Shown: positions 17,335 to 26,550 of the stretch, piece by piece
Position numbering within the stretch: position 1 is the first letter of the stretch
How the letters are laid out: each line of letters starts with the position of its first letter
Assembly (NCBI GenBank): GCA_001820255.1
Contig: MHPA01000016.1
Coordinates: 7,288 to 58,758, forward strand
Source: Candidatus Staskawiczbacteria bacterium RIFCSPLOWO2_01_FULL_38_12b
GTDB taxonomy: Bacteria; Patescibacteriota; Minisyncoccia; Minisyncoccales; Staskawiczbacteraceae
DNA: 51,471 nt
Reading direction: 5' to 3'
Notes under the pieces: generated by a model
What the model saw: only the letters and a program-made list of their open reading frames with translations
Database searches by the model: none
What the model was told of the DNA's origin: nothing
Made by a program: the position numbers and the translations under genes

Positions 17335-18906
17335 CTAAAGATCGTTTCCCGAATAAGACAAATTAAAACTTTTGTTAATTAAAGGAAAATCCGGCACCAC
17401 ATTTAAAGGACCAGCTTCTCCAACCAAGGACCAATTTAAAAATGACGGATCACAGGGCGCAACCCTGCTTATGTTCCCCGCCAAGTCAGTGGTGATAACA
17501 TATATTATTTGACCTCTCCATCCTTCAACCATGCCAATGGCCAGGGCATTTTTTTTAAATACCGTGGTATTGCGAGGGGTCAAGATGGGGCCCTTCGGTA
17601 ATTTAGTTAATGCATTTTGAATAAGGTTCATTGAAGCATAGACTTCTTTAACACGGACCCGAAATCGGGCATACACATCACCGCCCGACTCAGTTTCGAT
17701 GGTATTAAAACCTAATTCATCATAGGCCGCATAGGGAAAATCAACACGTATATCGCTCAAAATGCCCACTGCTTTGGCGGCAACCCCCAGGGCGCCGTAA
17801 TCTTTAGCGGTTTTTGGCAAAAGCACGCCGGTGCCTTTTAATCGATTTAAAAGCGAGGCGCTATTTTGGGCAATTGCAATGATTTCAAAAAAATCTTTTT
17901 GTATCTTTTCAAGGTCTTTGCCTAAAACAATTATTTCTTTGGCATTAATGTCTTTGGTAACTCCTCCAATAGTGTTTACATTGCGCAAAAATCGGCTTTT
18001 GGTCAGCCTTTCATTAATTTGCATGATCATTTCTCGTAACCTTGCCCCATTTGCACCGCCAAAATTAAATCCCGTATCAATCATGATGGCGCCAATATCG
18101 CCAAAATGGTTTGCCAGCCTTTCTAATTCTGCATATATAACGCGTAAATAAAGAGCACGTTTTGGAGGCAAAGCATCGCTTAATTGTTCTGCCGCTTGGC
18201 AAAAAGCCAATGAATGGCTAAACGAACTATCACCGGAAATTTTCTCACAAAGACGTAATTTATTACTAAGGGGAAGCGTTTCAAATAACTTTTCACTGCC
18301 TTTATGGACAAATCCAAGTTTTGCTTCCAAGAGCATAATTTCTTCTCCAGCCACGCTAAACCTAAAGTGGCCCGGCTCTATGATTCCCGCATGGATCGGG
18401 CCGACGGGAATTTCATATATCCCTTCACCCTCAACTTTTTGGAATTGATAAGTTCCATGGATTTCTTTTACTTTTGTCTGCCAGTCAAAATCCTTTCTTA
18501 ATGGGAATAGATTAGCCGGCCAGTTTTCATGCAAAATGATGGGTCGCAGGTCGGGATGCAAAACAGGAGTGAGGCCAAAAAAAGTGTGTATCTTTTTTTC
18601 AAAATTACAAGCGCTATGGATAGCCGGGGTCAGTGAAGGAAATGTAACGGTATTTTGCAGACGAATAAAAGGCACCACAAACATATTTTTTTTTGAAATG
18701 CCAAACACATACCAAATTTTAAACCCCTCTTTTTCTGCTCTTTCGTCAGTTGCGGTGATTAGGTGCAGTGGCAGGTTTTTATTAGCATGCAAATTAGTTG
18801 CGATTTCTTTGATATGCAAAGCTGGCACTTCAAAGAAAGCGATATTGCCGCAAATTTCAACTTTTACGTTTTTGGGGAGGTATTGTTGTATGTCTTCTAT
18901 ATTCAT
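17335..18906 (-). CDS. Ehr/Hyf-like large subunit (NuoCD/HyfG homolog) lacking NiFe-binding CxxC motifs
   Basis: FPLRKDF, GPIHAGIIEPGHFRF, HKGSEK, AELERLANH; EKISGD and SFNLSYSGNDL replace the CxxC motifs. Start placed at MNIED (18906) to avoid overlap with the upstream gene. Confidence 0.9.
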   Translation of the reverse strand: MNIEDIQQYLPKNVKVEICGNIAFFEVPALHIKEIATNLHANKNLPLHLITATDERAEKEGFKIWYVFGISKKNMFVVPFIRLQNTVTFPSLTPAIHSACNFEKKIHTFFGLTPVLHPDLRPIILHENWPANLFPLRKDFDWQTKVKEIHGTYQFQKVEGEGIYEIPVGPIHAGIIEPGHFRFSVAGEEIMLLEAKLGFVHKGSEKLFETLPLSNKLRLCEKISGDSSFSHSLAFCQAAEQLSDALPPKRALYLRVIYAELERLANHFGDIGAIMIDTGFNFGGANGARLREMIMQINERLTKSRFLRNVNTIGGVTKDINAKEIIVLGKDLEKIQKDFFEIIAIAQNSASLLNRLKGTGVLLPKTAKDYGALGVAAKAVGILSDIRVDFPYAAYDELGFNTIETESGGDVYARFRVRVKEVYASMNLIQNALTKLPKGPILTPRNTTVFKKNALAIGMVEGWRGQIIYVITTDLAGNISRVAPCDPSFLNWSLVGEAGPLNVVPDFPLINKSFNLSYSGNDL

Positions 18907-18920
18907 AATGATGGGTACGT

Positions 18921-20390
18921 TTAATAATGCGCAGCGATATTGCCAAGCAATGTATATAAAAATGGCGGAATGTAAAAACTCAAACATAACACCAAAATAA
19001 TAAGCATGGCAGGGGGAAGCAAGAGCCAAATACTTTCTTTTTCTGTTTTCATATCGGCGGGAGCCTGTCCAAACACCATGGCGCTGGCGTGTTTTAAAAA
19101 GCCGATAAATAAAATCGTCATCAATACTATAATCGTAACAACGATAAAAAGATGGTTTTTGATGCCGGCAGAAAGAATGAATAGTTTAGTAAAAAATATT
19201 CCAAATGGAGGCGCACCGGTTATGGCAAAAAATCCGGTCAAAAAGAGTGCCGCCGTAATGGGAATAGTACTCATCGCCCCTTTGACATTGGCGATTTTGG
19301 CAGAATGATATTTAAGAAGCAGATTCCCTGATGAGAAAAAAAGCGCCGATTTAATAAAAGAATGGTATATCATGTGAAGCATGGCCGCAAAAATACCCAA
19401 TCCCCCAAACCCAAAACCAAGAGCCATGATTCCCGCATTTTCAATGCTTGAGTAAGCCAATACCCTCTTGTAATTCCTGGCAACAAAGATAATGGCCGCG
19501 GCAATGGCTACTGACAGCAAACCAAACGCCATAAATAAATTTTGGCTAAATGACGGCCCTGCCACCGCATCGGTTATTATTTTAAATTTCAAAATAATGG
19601 CAAAAGCAACCGGCAATAAGGCTCCCGAAAATAATGCGCCAATAGGAGCAGGTGTTTTACTGTAAGCATCCGGTTTCCAGGTATGCATTGGAGCAAATCC
19701 CACTTTAGTTCCATAACCCACAAAGACAAAGATAAAAGCCACTTTAATAACCAAAGGGTCAAGGCTGGCGGCATTTGCGGCAAGCGCCTGCCAGCTGACA
19801 AGCTCGTTTGCGGGAAACAAATTAGCGGCGGGAAAAAACAACAACGTCCCAAAAAATGCCAGCAGTATGCCAACAGAATTGATGATTAAATATTTCCATG
19901 CGCCTTCAATAGCGGAGGGCTTATTATAAAAACTGATTAAAAACGCTGTAGAAAGGGTGGTAGCTTCAATAAAAATCCAAGCAAATATGGGGCTGGAAAC
20001 GGTAATAGCCAAAAACATCATCGCCATAAAAAGATTCAATAAAATAAAGTATTCCCTTACCCTTGACTGCAGATGGCTTACCCCTGAAAATCCGATGATA
20101 TTTTTAGCGGTTTCTTGGCGAAGGTACTCAATAGAATACACGGTCGCAGCAAAACCGACAAACGCAATAATAAGCATCACCACGGCTGCCAGCGCATCCA
20201 CAGAAAAAAATGAAGAATCGTACGTGCCAAAACGGGCAACCTGAAAAGAAATACTCATTGACGCCAATAATGCAACGCCCGAAGCAATCAGCGAAGAGAT
20301 TTCAATAACCCTTCTATGCCCAGACAAAAGGCACAGCAGTGTTGCGATAAAAAAAGAAATAAAAATAAATAGTAATTCTGTATTGTACAT
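18921..20390 (-). CDS. hyfF: Ehr/HyfF-like antiporter-type membrane subunit
   Basis: IEATTL, GAWKY, GYGTKVGFAPMHTWKPDAYS, KRVLAYSSIEN. Confidence 0.9.
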   Translation of the reverse strand: MYNTELLFIFISFFIATLLCLLSGHRRVIEISSLIASGVALLASMSISFQVARFGTYDSSFFSVDALAAVVMLIIAFVGFAATVYSIEYLRQETAKNIIGFSGVSHLQSRVREYFILLNLFMAMMFLAITVSSPIFAWIFIEATTLSTAFLISFYNKPSAIEGAWKYLIINSVGILLAFFGTLLFFPAANLFPANELVSWQALAANAASLDPLVIKVAFIFVFVGYGTKVGFAPMHTWKPDAYSKTPAPIGALFSGALLPVAFAIILKFKIITDAVAGPSFSQNLFMAFGLLSVAIAAAIIFVARNYKRVLAYSSIENAGIMALGFGFGGLGIFAAMLHMIYHSFIKSALFFSSGNLLLKYHSAKIANVKGAMSTIPITAALFLTGFFAITGAPPFGIFFTKLFILSAGIKNHLFIVVTIIVLMTILFIGFLKHASAMVFGQAPADMKTEKESIWLLLPPAMLIILVLCLSFYIPPFLYTLLGNIAAHY

Positions 20391-20415
20391 ATAGTTTACT
20401 TTAAATTACTTCAAA

Positions 20416-21063
20416 CTAATCTTTTAATTTCCTCATATCGGTGACATCAAGCGATCCAAAATGCTGGTAAATCATTGATACAAACATGGTGGCGATAATG
20501 AGCCAGATAGAAATATCAAACAGAATGCCAATCTGCAAGCTGGGCGATTGTTCCAGTCCGGCAAAAATAGCAAAAGCCACAATACTGTTTTCCAGCGAAA
20601 GAATACCGATGATTTGCGATAGTGCGCTTTTACGGTTGATAATCAAAAAAAGTGATAAAAAAATCATAGAAAGCGCCAGCGAAAGCAACATTTCATGAGC
20701 AGGAATAATACTGGTAAGCGGTGCGAATCTATAAGAATGGGCTATGGCGGCAAGCATGGCTAAAATCGCAAGCGTAATAGGAGTATTTAAATAGGTGCTT
20801 GCGGAAAATATCAATTCATTTTTTTTAATTAATCTGATAAAAAATCCTGGCGCCAAAATTACCTTGACGGTAAATACCAACAAAGCAATAAACAACAGCG
20901 AAATATAACCGGTTTCAAAAAAGGAATTAAGCAACAGTATCACGATGGTAAAAGACTGGACTGCGTATGCAAAAACCGCATCAAGGTTCTTTTTTGAAAT
21001 ATGCAAAAAGACAATGGTTAAAAAAATGATTTGCAATAAAAATTGTAAAAATAAAATATTCAT
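20416..21063 (-). CDS. hyfE: Ehr/HyfE-like membrane subunit
   Basis: Highly hydrophobic; RKSALSQIIGILSLEN, FGSLDV; position in operon. Confidence 0.85.
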   Translation of the reverse strand: MNILFLQFLLQIIFLTIVFLHISKKNLDAVFAYAVQSFTIVILLLNSFFETGYISLLFIALLVFTVKVILAPGFFIRLIKKNELIFSASTYLNTPITLAILAMLAAIAHSYRFAPLTSIIPAHEMLLSLALSMIFLSLFLIINRKSALSQIIGILSLENSIVAFAIFAGLEQSPSLQIGILFDISIWLIIATMFVSMIYQHFGSLDVTDMRKLKD

Positions 21064-21076
21064 TTAACAAATAGAA

Positions 21077-22009
21077 TTAATGTATCAGAATAATAGCCAC
21101 GACGTTAAAAATAAAAGCAATAATTAAAAGATCGGGCAAGCGAAAAAATCGAAACTTGGCGATACTCGATTCTAATACGGCAATCACCAAGCAAAAAATA
21201 ACTATTTTTATCATAAAAATAACCATGCCCAGCATAACTGCACTAATACCGGCACTTTGGGCTATACCCAAAGGAAAAAACAGATTGGAGGCTAAGGCGA
21301 TAAAAATAAGAAGTTTGTTGGCCGACGCCCATTCCATAAGCGCTAATTTTTTCCCTGAATACTCTAAAATCATCGCTTCATGGATCATGGTCAACTCCAA
21401 ATGGGTGGCCGGATTATCAAAAGGGAAACGGGCGGTTTCAGCTAGTAATACTATAAAAAACCCGAAAAAGGCAAGGGTGCCGGAAAGCAAATATTGGCTC
21501 TGGTAAAGTAAGCCGGTTTGGGAAATGGTAAACACATTAGTACTACCGCTAATAAGCGCGACCGTTAATAGTGAAAAAATAAATCCTCCTTCTGCCAAAG
21601 CAGCTACCGTCATTTCGCGGCTTGAGCCAAATCCCCCAAATGCACTGCCGGTATCAATCCCCGCCAGTGCCAAAAAGAATGTGCCAATGGCAAGGGTGTA
21701 TATGATAATCAACAAGTCCCCGGTAACAGTATTATTAATAAATGATGCAAAAAGCGGAATGCTTGCCCCTATGATAATGGTTACGGTAAAAACAATATAG
21801 GGTGCGCATCGGAAAATCCACGAAGCATCTTTGCTTATTACTTCATCTTTATGGAAAAGTTTCCATAAATCCTGGTATGGCTGGAAAATTCCGGCTCCTT
21901 GGCGATTTTGAAGTTTGGCTTTTATTTTTCTGATAATGCCAACACAAAGCGGCGCCACGGCTGGCACCAATATAATTTGAATTATCCAAATAATAATATC
22001 AATAAACAT
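21077..22009 (-). CDS. hyfC: Ehr/HyfC (NuoH-like) membrane subunit
   Basis: KAKLQNRQG...QPYQDLWKLFHK, FGGFGSSRE, ETARFPFD, LELTMIHEAM. Confidence 0.92.
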   Translation of the reverse strand: MFIDIIIWIIQIILVPAVAPLCVGIIRKIKAKLQNRQGAGIFQPYQDLWKLFHKDEVISKDASWIFRCAPYIVFTVTIIIGASIPLFASFINNTVTGDLLIIIYTLAIGTFFLALAGIDTGSAFGGFGSSREMTVAALAEGGFIFSLLTVALISGSTNVFTISQTGLLYQSQYLLSGTLAFFGFFIVLLAETARFPFDNPATHLELTMIHEAMILEYSGKKLALMEWASANKLLIFIALASNLFFPLGIAQSAGISAVMLGMVIFMIKIVIFCLVIAVLESSIAKFRFFRLPDLLIIAFIFNVVAIILIH

Positions 22010-22011
22010 GG

Positions 22012-24060
22012 TTATAATACAAAAAGCAATGAGATTATTAGGGCAATAAAAATATAAAGAATATACATATTGGTATTGCCACTTTGAATGCTTTTCACCC
22101 GTAAAGCTATGAGGCTAACCATTCGGTTAAGCGGTTGGTAAAAATAAGACTGATAGACATCTTGGACTCCCAAAGTAATGGTACGGGACTTTGGCAAATA
22201 CCGGCTTTGCGCATCATGGTATTCAATGTCATGTTGGATGCTAGGCCTTAAAATACCCTTAAAAATAGTAACAATTGAGCGGGAGAATCCCGTAGCGGTT
22301 ATTTCCATGCGGCCGGTTAAATCAGTTCCGCAATCCCAGGTCGCTCCAGTTTCAATTTTTTGATTTTTATTAATAACAAATGTAACAATATAAAACACCA
22401 AGCCGGCCACAAACACAAAACATATACATAAAAAAAGTAAAGAAACAGATCCAAAATTATTCCCCACGACAACCTGTTGGCCGGATGATGAGATTAAAGA
22501 AGCGGTACCTTTAAAAATAGCAAGGTTTTTCCCGACGCTTTCCAAAAACACCACTACATGTGAAGATCCTATTCCAAACAGAAGGCATAGCAGTGCCATT
22601 GCACCCATCCCAATACGCAAAGAAAGGGAAGATTCTTTAGCGCCGCTTGTGTGACTGCTTCTTGGGCGGGCTAAAAATGTCACCCCGAAAGCTTTGACAA
22701 AACAAGCTAGCGCCAATCCGCCGGTAAATGCCAGTGAGCCGGCAGCCAAAATAAAAATCCATTTTTCATACAAAGATAATGATGCTATCCCCAAAAAAAG
22801 CGACTGAAAGGTTAGCCATTCACTGAAAAATCCATTAAAGGGAGGAAGCGCAGATATTGCCATGGATCCGACAAGAAAAAAGAATGCGGTGTAGGGCATA
22901 TATTTAATAAGGCCTCCATATTCTTCTATGTTGCGTGTATGCGTTTGATTAATAACGGAACCGGCGCCCAAAAAAAGCAGGGATTTAAACGTGGCGTGAT
23001 TTAAGGTGTGGAAAAGCGCGGCAGTAAGGCTTAAAAGCGCCAGCGGCAACATATTAAGCGACAAAAAAGTCAGCGCACCGCCAAGCCCCAGCAAAATAAT
23101 GCCGATATTTTCTATGCTGTGGTAGGCCAACAGCCTTTTTATGTCATGTTCGGTAAGCGCATACAGCACTCCCAGCAAAGAAGATATTGAACCCAAAACA
23201 AGCAACGCAAGCCCCCACCACACCGGAACCGGCCAAAGCATGCCAAAGAAAATCCTGATCATCATATAAATGCCGGTTTTAATCATTACGCCAGACATTA
23301 ATGCCGAAACATGCGAAGGGGCGGCCGGATGGGCATCGGGAAGCCAAATATGAAACGGGACAATACCGCATTTTGTGCCAAAACCAATAATAGTGAAAAT
23401 AAAAATCGTATTTTTTATGGATAAGGGAATAGAAGAAGCGCCAGATTGTATAGCCTCAAATTCAAACGAACCGGTAAATTTATATAACAATAAAGCGGCG
23501 GTTATAATAAAAGCCGTGCCGACATGAGTCATAATGAGATATAAAAAACCGGCTTTCACGTTTTGCGGGTCGTTACGATCGTAGACCACTAAAAAATATG
23601 ACGTAATAGACATGACCTCCCAAGCAATCAGAAAAAAGAGCCAATTTGAAGAAGATACCACTAAAAGCATTCCTAAAATAAACAGGTTATAAAAAAATCC
23701 GAGAGCGCCAATATCATACTTTTTATAAAAATGCTTCACGTATCCGATAGCATACACAGAACAAAAAAGAGAAATTAATGAAATAATAAAAATAAAAAAG
23801 GCGGACAACTTGTCGATATGAAAAGATAACGAAAAAAACGGCACAGCAAATGCGCCCAAAGAAAAAGACAAGTCATCGCCGCCAGACGCCATTAACGCTA
23901 CAAAAAAAAGTCCAGAGAGGGATCCCAATATAGCAAAAAAATGACTCCAAATATTGGCAAACGTATCGTGCTTTCTCAATAATAAAGCTCCGATACCTCC
24001 TATGGCAAAAAATGATAATACTGCGACAAAAGTTATTTGAGAAATAATACTATTTATCAT
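22012..24060 (-). CDS. hyfB: Ehr/HyfB antiporter-type membrane subunit
   Basis: WEVMS, GFGTKCGIVPFHIWLPDAHPAAPS, KRLLAYHSIEN, LPPFNGFFSEW, TWDCG. Confidence 0.93.
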   Translation of the reverse strand: MINSIISQITFVAVLSFFAIGGIGALLLRKHDTFANIWSHFFAILGSLSGLFFVALMASGGDDLSFSLGAFAVPFFSLSFHIDKLSAFFIFIISLISLFCSVYAIGYVKHFYKKYDIGALGFFYNLFILGMLLVVSSSNWLFFLIAWEVMSITSYFLVVYDRNDPQNVKAGFLYLIMTHVGTAFIITAALLLYKFTGSFEFEAIQSGASSIPLSIKNTIFIFTIIGFGTKCGIVPFHIWLPDAHPAAPSHVSALMSGVMIKTGIYMMIRIFFGMLWPVPVWWGLALLVLGSISSLLGVLYALTEHDIKRLLAYHSIENIGIILLGLGGALTFLSLNMLPLALLSLTAALFHTLNHATFKSLLFLGAGSVINQTHTRNIEEYGGLIKYMPYTAFFFLVGSMAISALPPFNGFFSEWLTFQSLFLGIASLSLYEKWIFILAAGSLAFTGGLALACFVKAFGVTFLARPRSSHTSGAKESSLSLRIGMGAMALLCLLFGIGSSHVVVFLESVGKNLAIFKGTASLISSSGQQVVVGNNFGSVSLLFLCICFVFVAGLVFYIVTFVINKNQKIETGATWDCGTDLTGRMEITATGFSRSIVTIFKGILRPSIQHDIEYHDAQSRYLPKSRTITLGVQDVYQSYFYQPLNRMVSLIALRVKSIQSGNTNMYILYIFIALIISLLFVL

Positions 24061-24068
24061 ACCTCTAA

Positions 24069-24229
24069 GAAACTGTTTAGTAACCCCATATTTGCGCTAA
24101 AGTTATTTTTCCCGGCTGCAAATTTGCTGTCATTCGTCGGCTTGCCACACGGGCAAACCTCCTTACGCTATCAAATTTTCGCTCAGGAAAAAAAACTTTA
24201 TCATCAAAAGAGGGTTATTAAACAGTTTC
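24069..24229. mobile_element. Rod-shaped palindromic MITE-like element, copy 5
   Basis: Terminal IR gaaactgtttagtaaccc / gggttattaaacagtttc; TAA duplicated at 24066-24068 and 24230-24232; supplies the current stop codon of the small subunit. Confidence 0.88.
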
Positions 24230-24745
24230 TAATATTTCAAGAATATGTAAAAGTCCGTAAAGAATTGCTTTAGGGCTTGGCGGATCTCCCGGAATAGCAT
24301 AATCTACCGGTATCAGGGCATTGACTCCACCAACAACCGCATAAGAATTTTTATAGATACCGCCGTCTATGGCATCATCGCCAACCGCTACTACAATTTT
24401 TGGATTAGGGGTTGCTTGGTAAGCTCTTGTTAAAGCTTCTGCCATATTACAAGTTACCGGACCGGTTACCAAAAGCATATCCGCATGCCTTGGCGAAGCA
24501 ACAAAATGGATTCCAAAACGCTCAATATCATAAAAGGCATTGGAAAGAGCAACCAGTTCCTGTTCGCAAGCGTTATCGGAACCGGCATCTACTTGCCGTA
24601 TCGCCAAGGAACCCTTAAATAATTTCCTTACCTTTTGTTGTATTTTTTCACCGATAACGATAATTTCCGTTTGCTCTTTGGTAATCTCGGTTTTTGAAAT
24701 AGTGAGCCTTGGATTTTTTAGTATTTTTAAAAAAAGTTTAAACAT
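24218..24745 (-). CDS. Ehr small subunit (NuoB/HyfI family) with Cys-to-Asp substitutions
   Basis: VDAGSDNACE, VASPRHADMLLVTGPVT, VGDDAIDGG, IPGDPP. Confidence 0.9.
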   Translation of the reverse strand: MFKLFLKILKNPRLTISKTEITKEQTEIIVIGEKIQQKVRKLFKGSLAIRQVDAGSDNACEQELVALSNAFYDIERFGIHFVASPRHADMLLVTGPVTCNMAEALTRAYQATPNPKIVVAVGDDAIDGGIYKNSYAVVGGVNALIPVDYAIPGDPPSPKAILYGLLHILEILETV

Positions 24746-24863
24746 ACATTAATTTTTATAGCATCACAATAATGTCATAATAACAACAATTATAATACTC
24801 TAATAAACGTGATTTTGCAAATTAATAAGAAAAAAACCTGAAACTGATTTCAGATTTTTCTAT

Positions 24864-24951
24864 TGGCGGAGAGGGTGGGATTTGAACCCACGAGACTCGT
24901 AAGAGTCGCGGTTTTCAAGACCGCTCCGTTAAGCCGCTCCGGCACCTCTCC
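24864..24951 (-). tRNA. tRNA-Ser(TGA)
   Basis: GGAGAGG acceptor, anticodon loop CTTGAAA, long variable arm, GGTTCAAATCC, encoded CCA. Confidence 0.95.
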
Positions 24952-24986
24952 AATCAAGATACTACCATACTAGTTACCATTTTTCA

Positions 24987-25020
24987 AATTTGCAGTAAAT
25001 TCTTAATACGCAACAGGTCT
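24987..25020. mobile_element. Solo terminus of the rod element (remnant)
   Basis: aatttgcagtaaattcttaatacgcaacaggtct matches the reverse complement of 3554-3587 at 31 of 34 positions. Confidence 0.8.
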
Positions 25021-25021
25021 T

Positions 25022-25435
25022 TTGATGAGGGTTTCAGTTTCAAGAATAAAAATCGTAATATTTTGTAATGAAAAACTAGGATTAAAAACAGGTAATAAAG
25101 TCAAACAACAAGTTGATATCCCAAATTGGATTAAAGGTAACCTAGAATTTGAAAAAGCATGTATGCGAGGCTTAATGGATACTGATGGATGCGTTTTCCA
25201 TGAATGCCATAATATAAAAGGCAAAAAATATTGTTATCCAAGGCTTTCTTTTGTGACAGCCTCAATACCTTTACGAAATTCTGTTGTTGGAATCTTGCAA
25301 AAATTACATTTGAACCCCAAGATTAGAGGCACCAATCAAAGGTATGTACAAATAGAAGAAAAAGAAAAAATCAAAGAATATTTCAAGTTGATTGGAAGTA
25401 GTAATCCTAAACACTTGAATAAATTGAATTTTTGA
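25022..25435 (+). pseudogene. N-terminally truncated LAGLIDADG-like endonuclease domain
   Basis: DIPNWI...ACMRGLMDTDG (second LAGLIDADG motif), IGSSNPKH; weak start; begins directly after the element remnant. Confidence 0.75.
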
Positions 25436-25454
25436 AGCATTATTAAACAAATTA

Positions 25455-25537
25455 GGAGGAGTCGCATAACGGTATTGCAAAGGATTGCTAATCCTTGCCC
25501 TTTCGGGGGCCTGTGGGTTCGATTCCCACCTCCTCCG
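25455..25537 (+). tRNA. tRNA-Ser(GCT)
   Basis: GGAGGAG acceptor, aagga-TTGCTAA-tcctt anticodon arm, long variable arm, GGTTCGATTCC; CCA not encoded. Confidence 0.92.
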
Positions 25538-25576
25538 CTTTTGTAATTAATATCGAAGATTAACTCTTATTTAGAC

Positions 25577-26494
25577 ATGCATAACCAAAAAGGATTTATT
25601 AATGTTATATTGCTCATTATTGCAATCCTTGTTTTTTTGGGCGCAGGGACTTATATTGCCTTGTATCAAAAAATAATAAATCCGTTTCCGCTAAGGCCAA
25701 ATCCCATACCCGTAGTATGCACCCAGGAAGCAAAACAATGCCCCGATGGTTCGTACGTAAGCCGCACCGGCCCAAATTGCGATTTTGCATCGTGTCCGAC
25801 AATACATCCAACGCAAAATCCCAACGAAAAACAAATCTCTTTACAAGAAGGACAGCGGGAAGCATCGCTATTGATCCAAAAAATTTATTCTGACTACGTA
25901 ACGGGCCTTAATTATCCTGAATATCCGGTAGCAACGAATCAGGGCTATCCCATAACCTTGCATATTGGAGAAACCGCCAGCAATGGATGCACCATCACTT
26001 TGACACTTATTAAAATTAATGGAGACACTGCTGTATTTACAGAAAAAACAGATTTTAACAGAATTTGCCCGATATGCCTTGCAAAAAATACATTAATTAA
26101 CACGCCTGGCGGCACAATCCCTGTACAAAATTTGCAAGAAGGAATGGCAGTTTGGAGCGTTGATGAATTTGGAAATAAAATTTCTGCCATCATTACCAAA
26201 ACCTCAAAAACTCCCGTTCCAAAAGACCATCAGATGGTTCATATCATTCTTAAAGATAAACGGGAAATTTTTGCCTCGCCAGGGCATCCCGTTGGAGACG
26301 GCAGGATTTTCAACGACCTTTTTATTGGCGACTTGCTTGATGGAAGCCGCATCATAACTGCAGAAAAAACTTTGTACGATAAAAGTTACACCTACGACAT
26401 TTTACCCTCCGGGCCAACGGGATTTTACTTTGCCGGATACAATACTGCACCCGGCTCTGCCAACGGAATTCTTATAGACAACACGCTTCACTAA
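25577..26494 (+). CDS. Exported protein with pilin-like leader, Cys-rich motif and C-terminal Hint (Hedgehog/intein) domain
   Basis: QKGF plus hydrophobic leader; CTQEAKQCPDGSYVSRTGPNCDFASCP; CLAKNTLINTPGG (Hint block A), ASPGHP (block B), TYDI...YFA...NGILIDN. Confidence 0.82.
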   Translation: MHNQKGFINVILLIIAILVFLGAGTYIALYQKIINPFPLRPNPIPVVCTQEAKQCPDGSYVSRTGPNCDFASCPTIHPTQNPNEKQISLQEGQREASLLIQKIYSDYVTGLNYPEYPVATNQGYPITLHIGETASNGCTITLTLIKINGDTAVFTEKTDFNRICPICLAKNTLINTPGGTIPVQNLQEGMAVWSVDEFGNKISAIITKTSKTPVPKDHQMVHIILKDKREIFASPGHPVGDGRIFNDLFIGDLLDGSRIITAEKTLYDKSYTYDILPSGPTGFYFAGYNTAPGSANGILIDNTLH

Positions 26495-26550
26495 GCGTAT
26501 AATGGAAACATAGCGAAAGGTCGCGGGAAAATAAATAATTTTAAAAAAAT

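Noticed and set aside
17335..18906. Functional [NiFe] hydrogenase 4 / formate hydrogenlyase
   Set aside because: Both CxxC NiFe motifs are absent, and no maturases or formate dehydrogenase are present.
20056..20087. 11-bp near-direct repeat adding about 7 aa (GVSHLQS) in hyfF
   Set aside because: Probably a simple local duplication with no link to the other repeat families.
17307..24864. Ehr operon as an integrase-mobilised island at tRNA-Ser
   Set aside because: No integrase and no duplicated tRNA 3' end (att site) was found at the comF side.
24864..25537. tRNA intron encoding the LAGLIDADG protein
   Set aside because: Both tRNA-Ser genes are complete and uninterrupted; the ORF lies between them.
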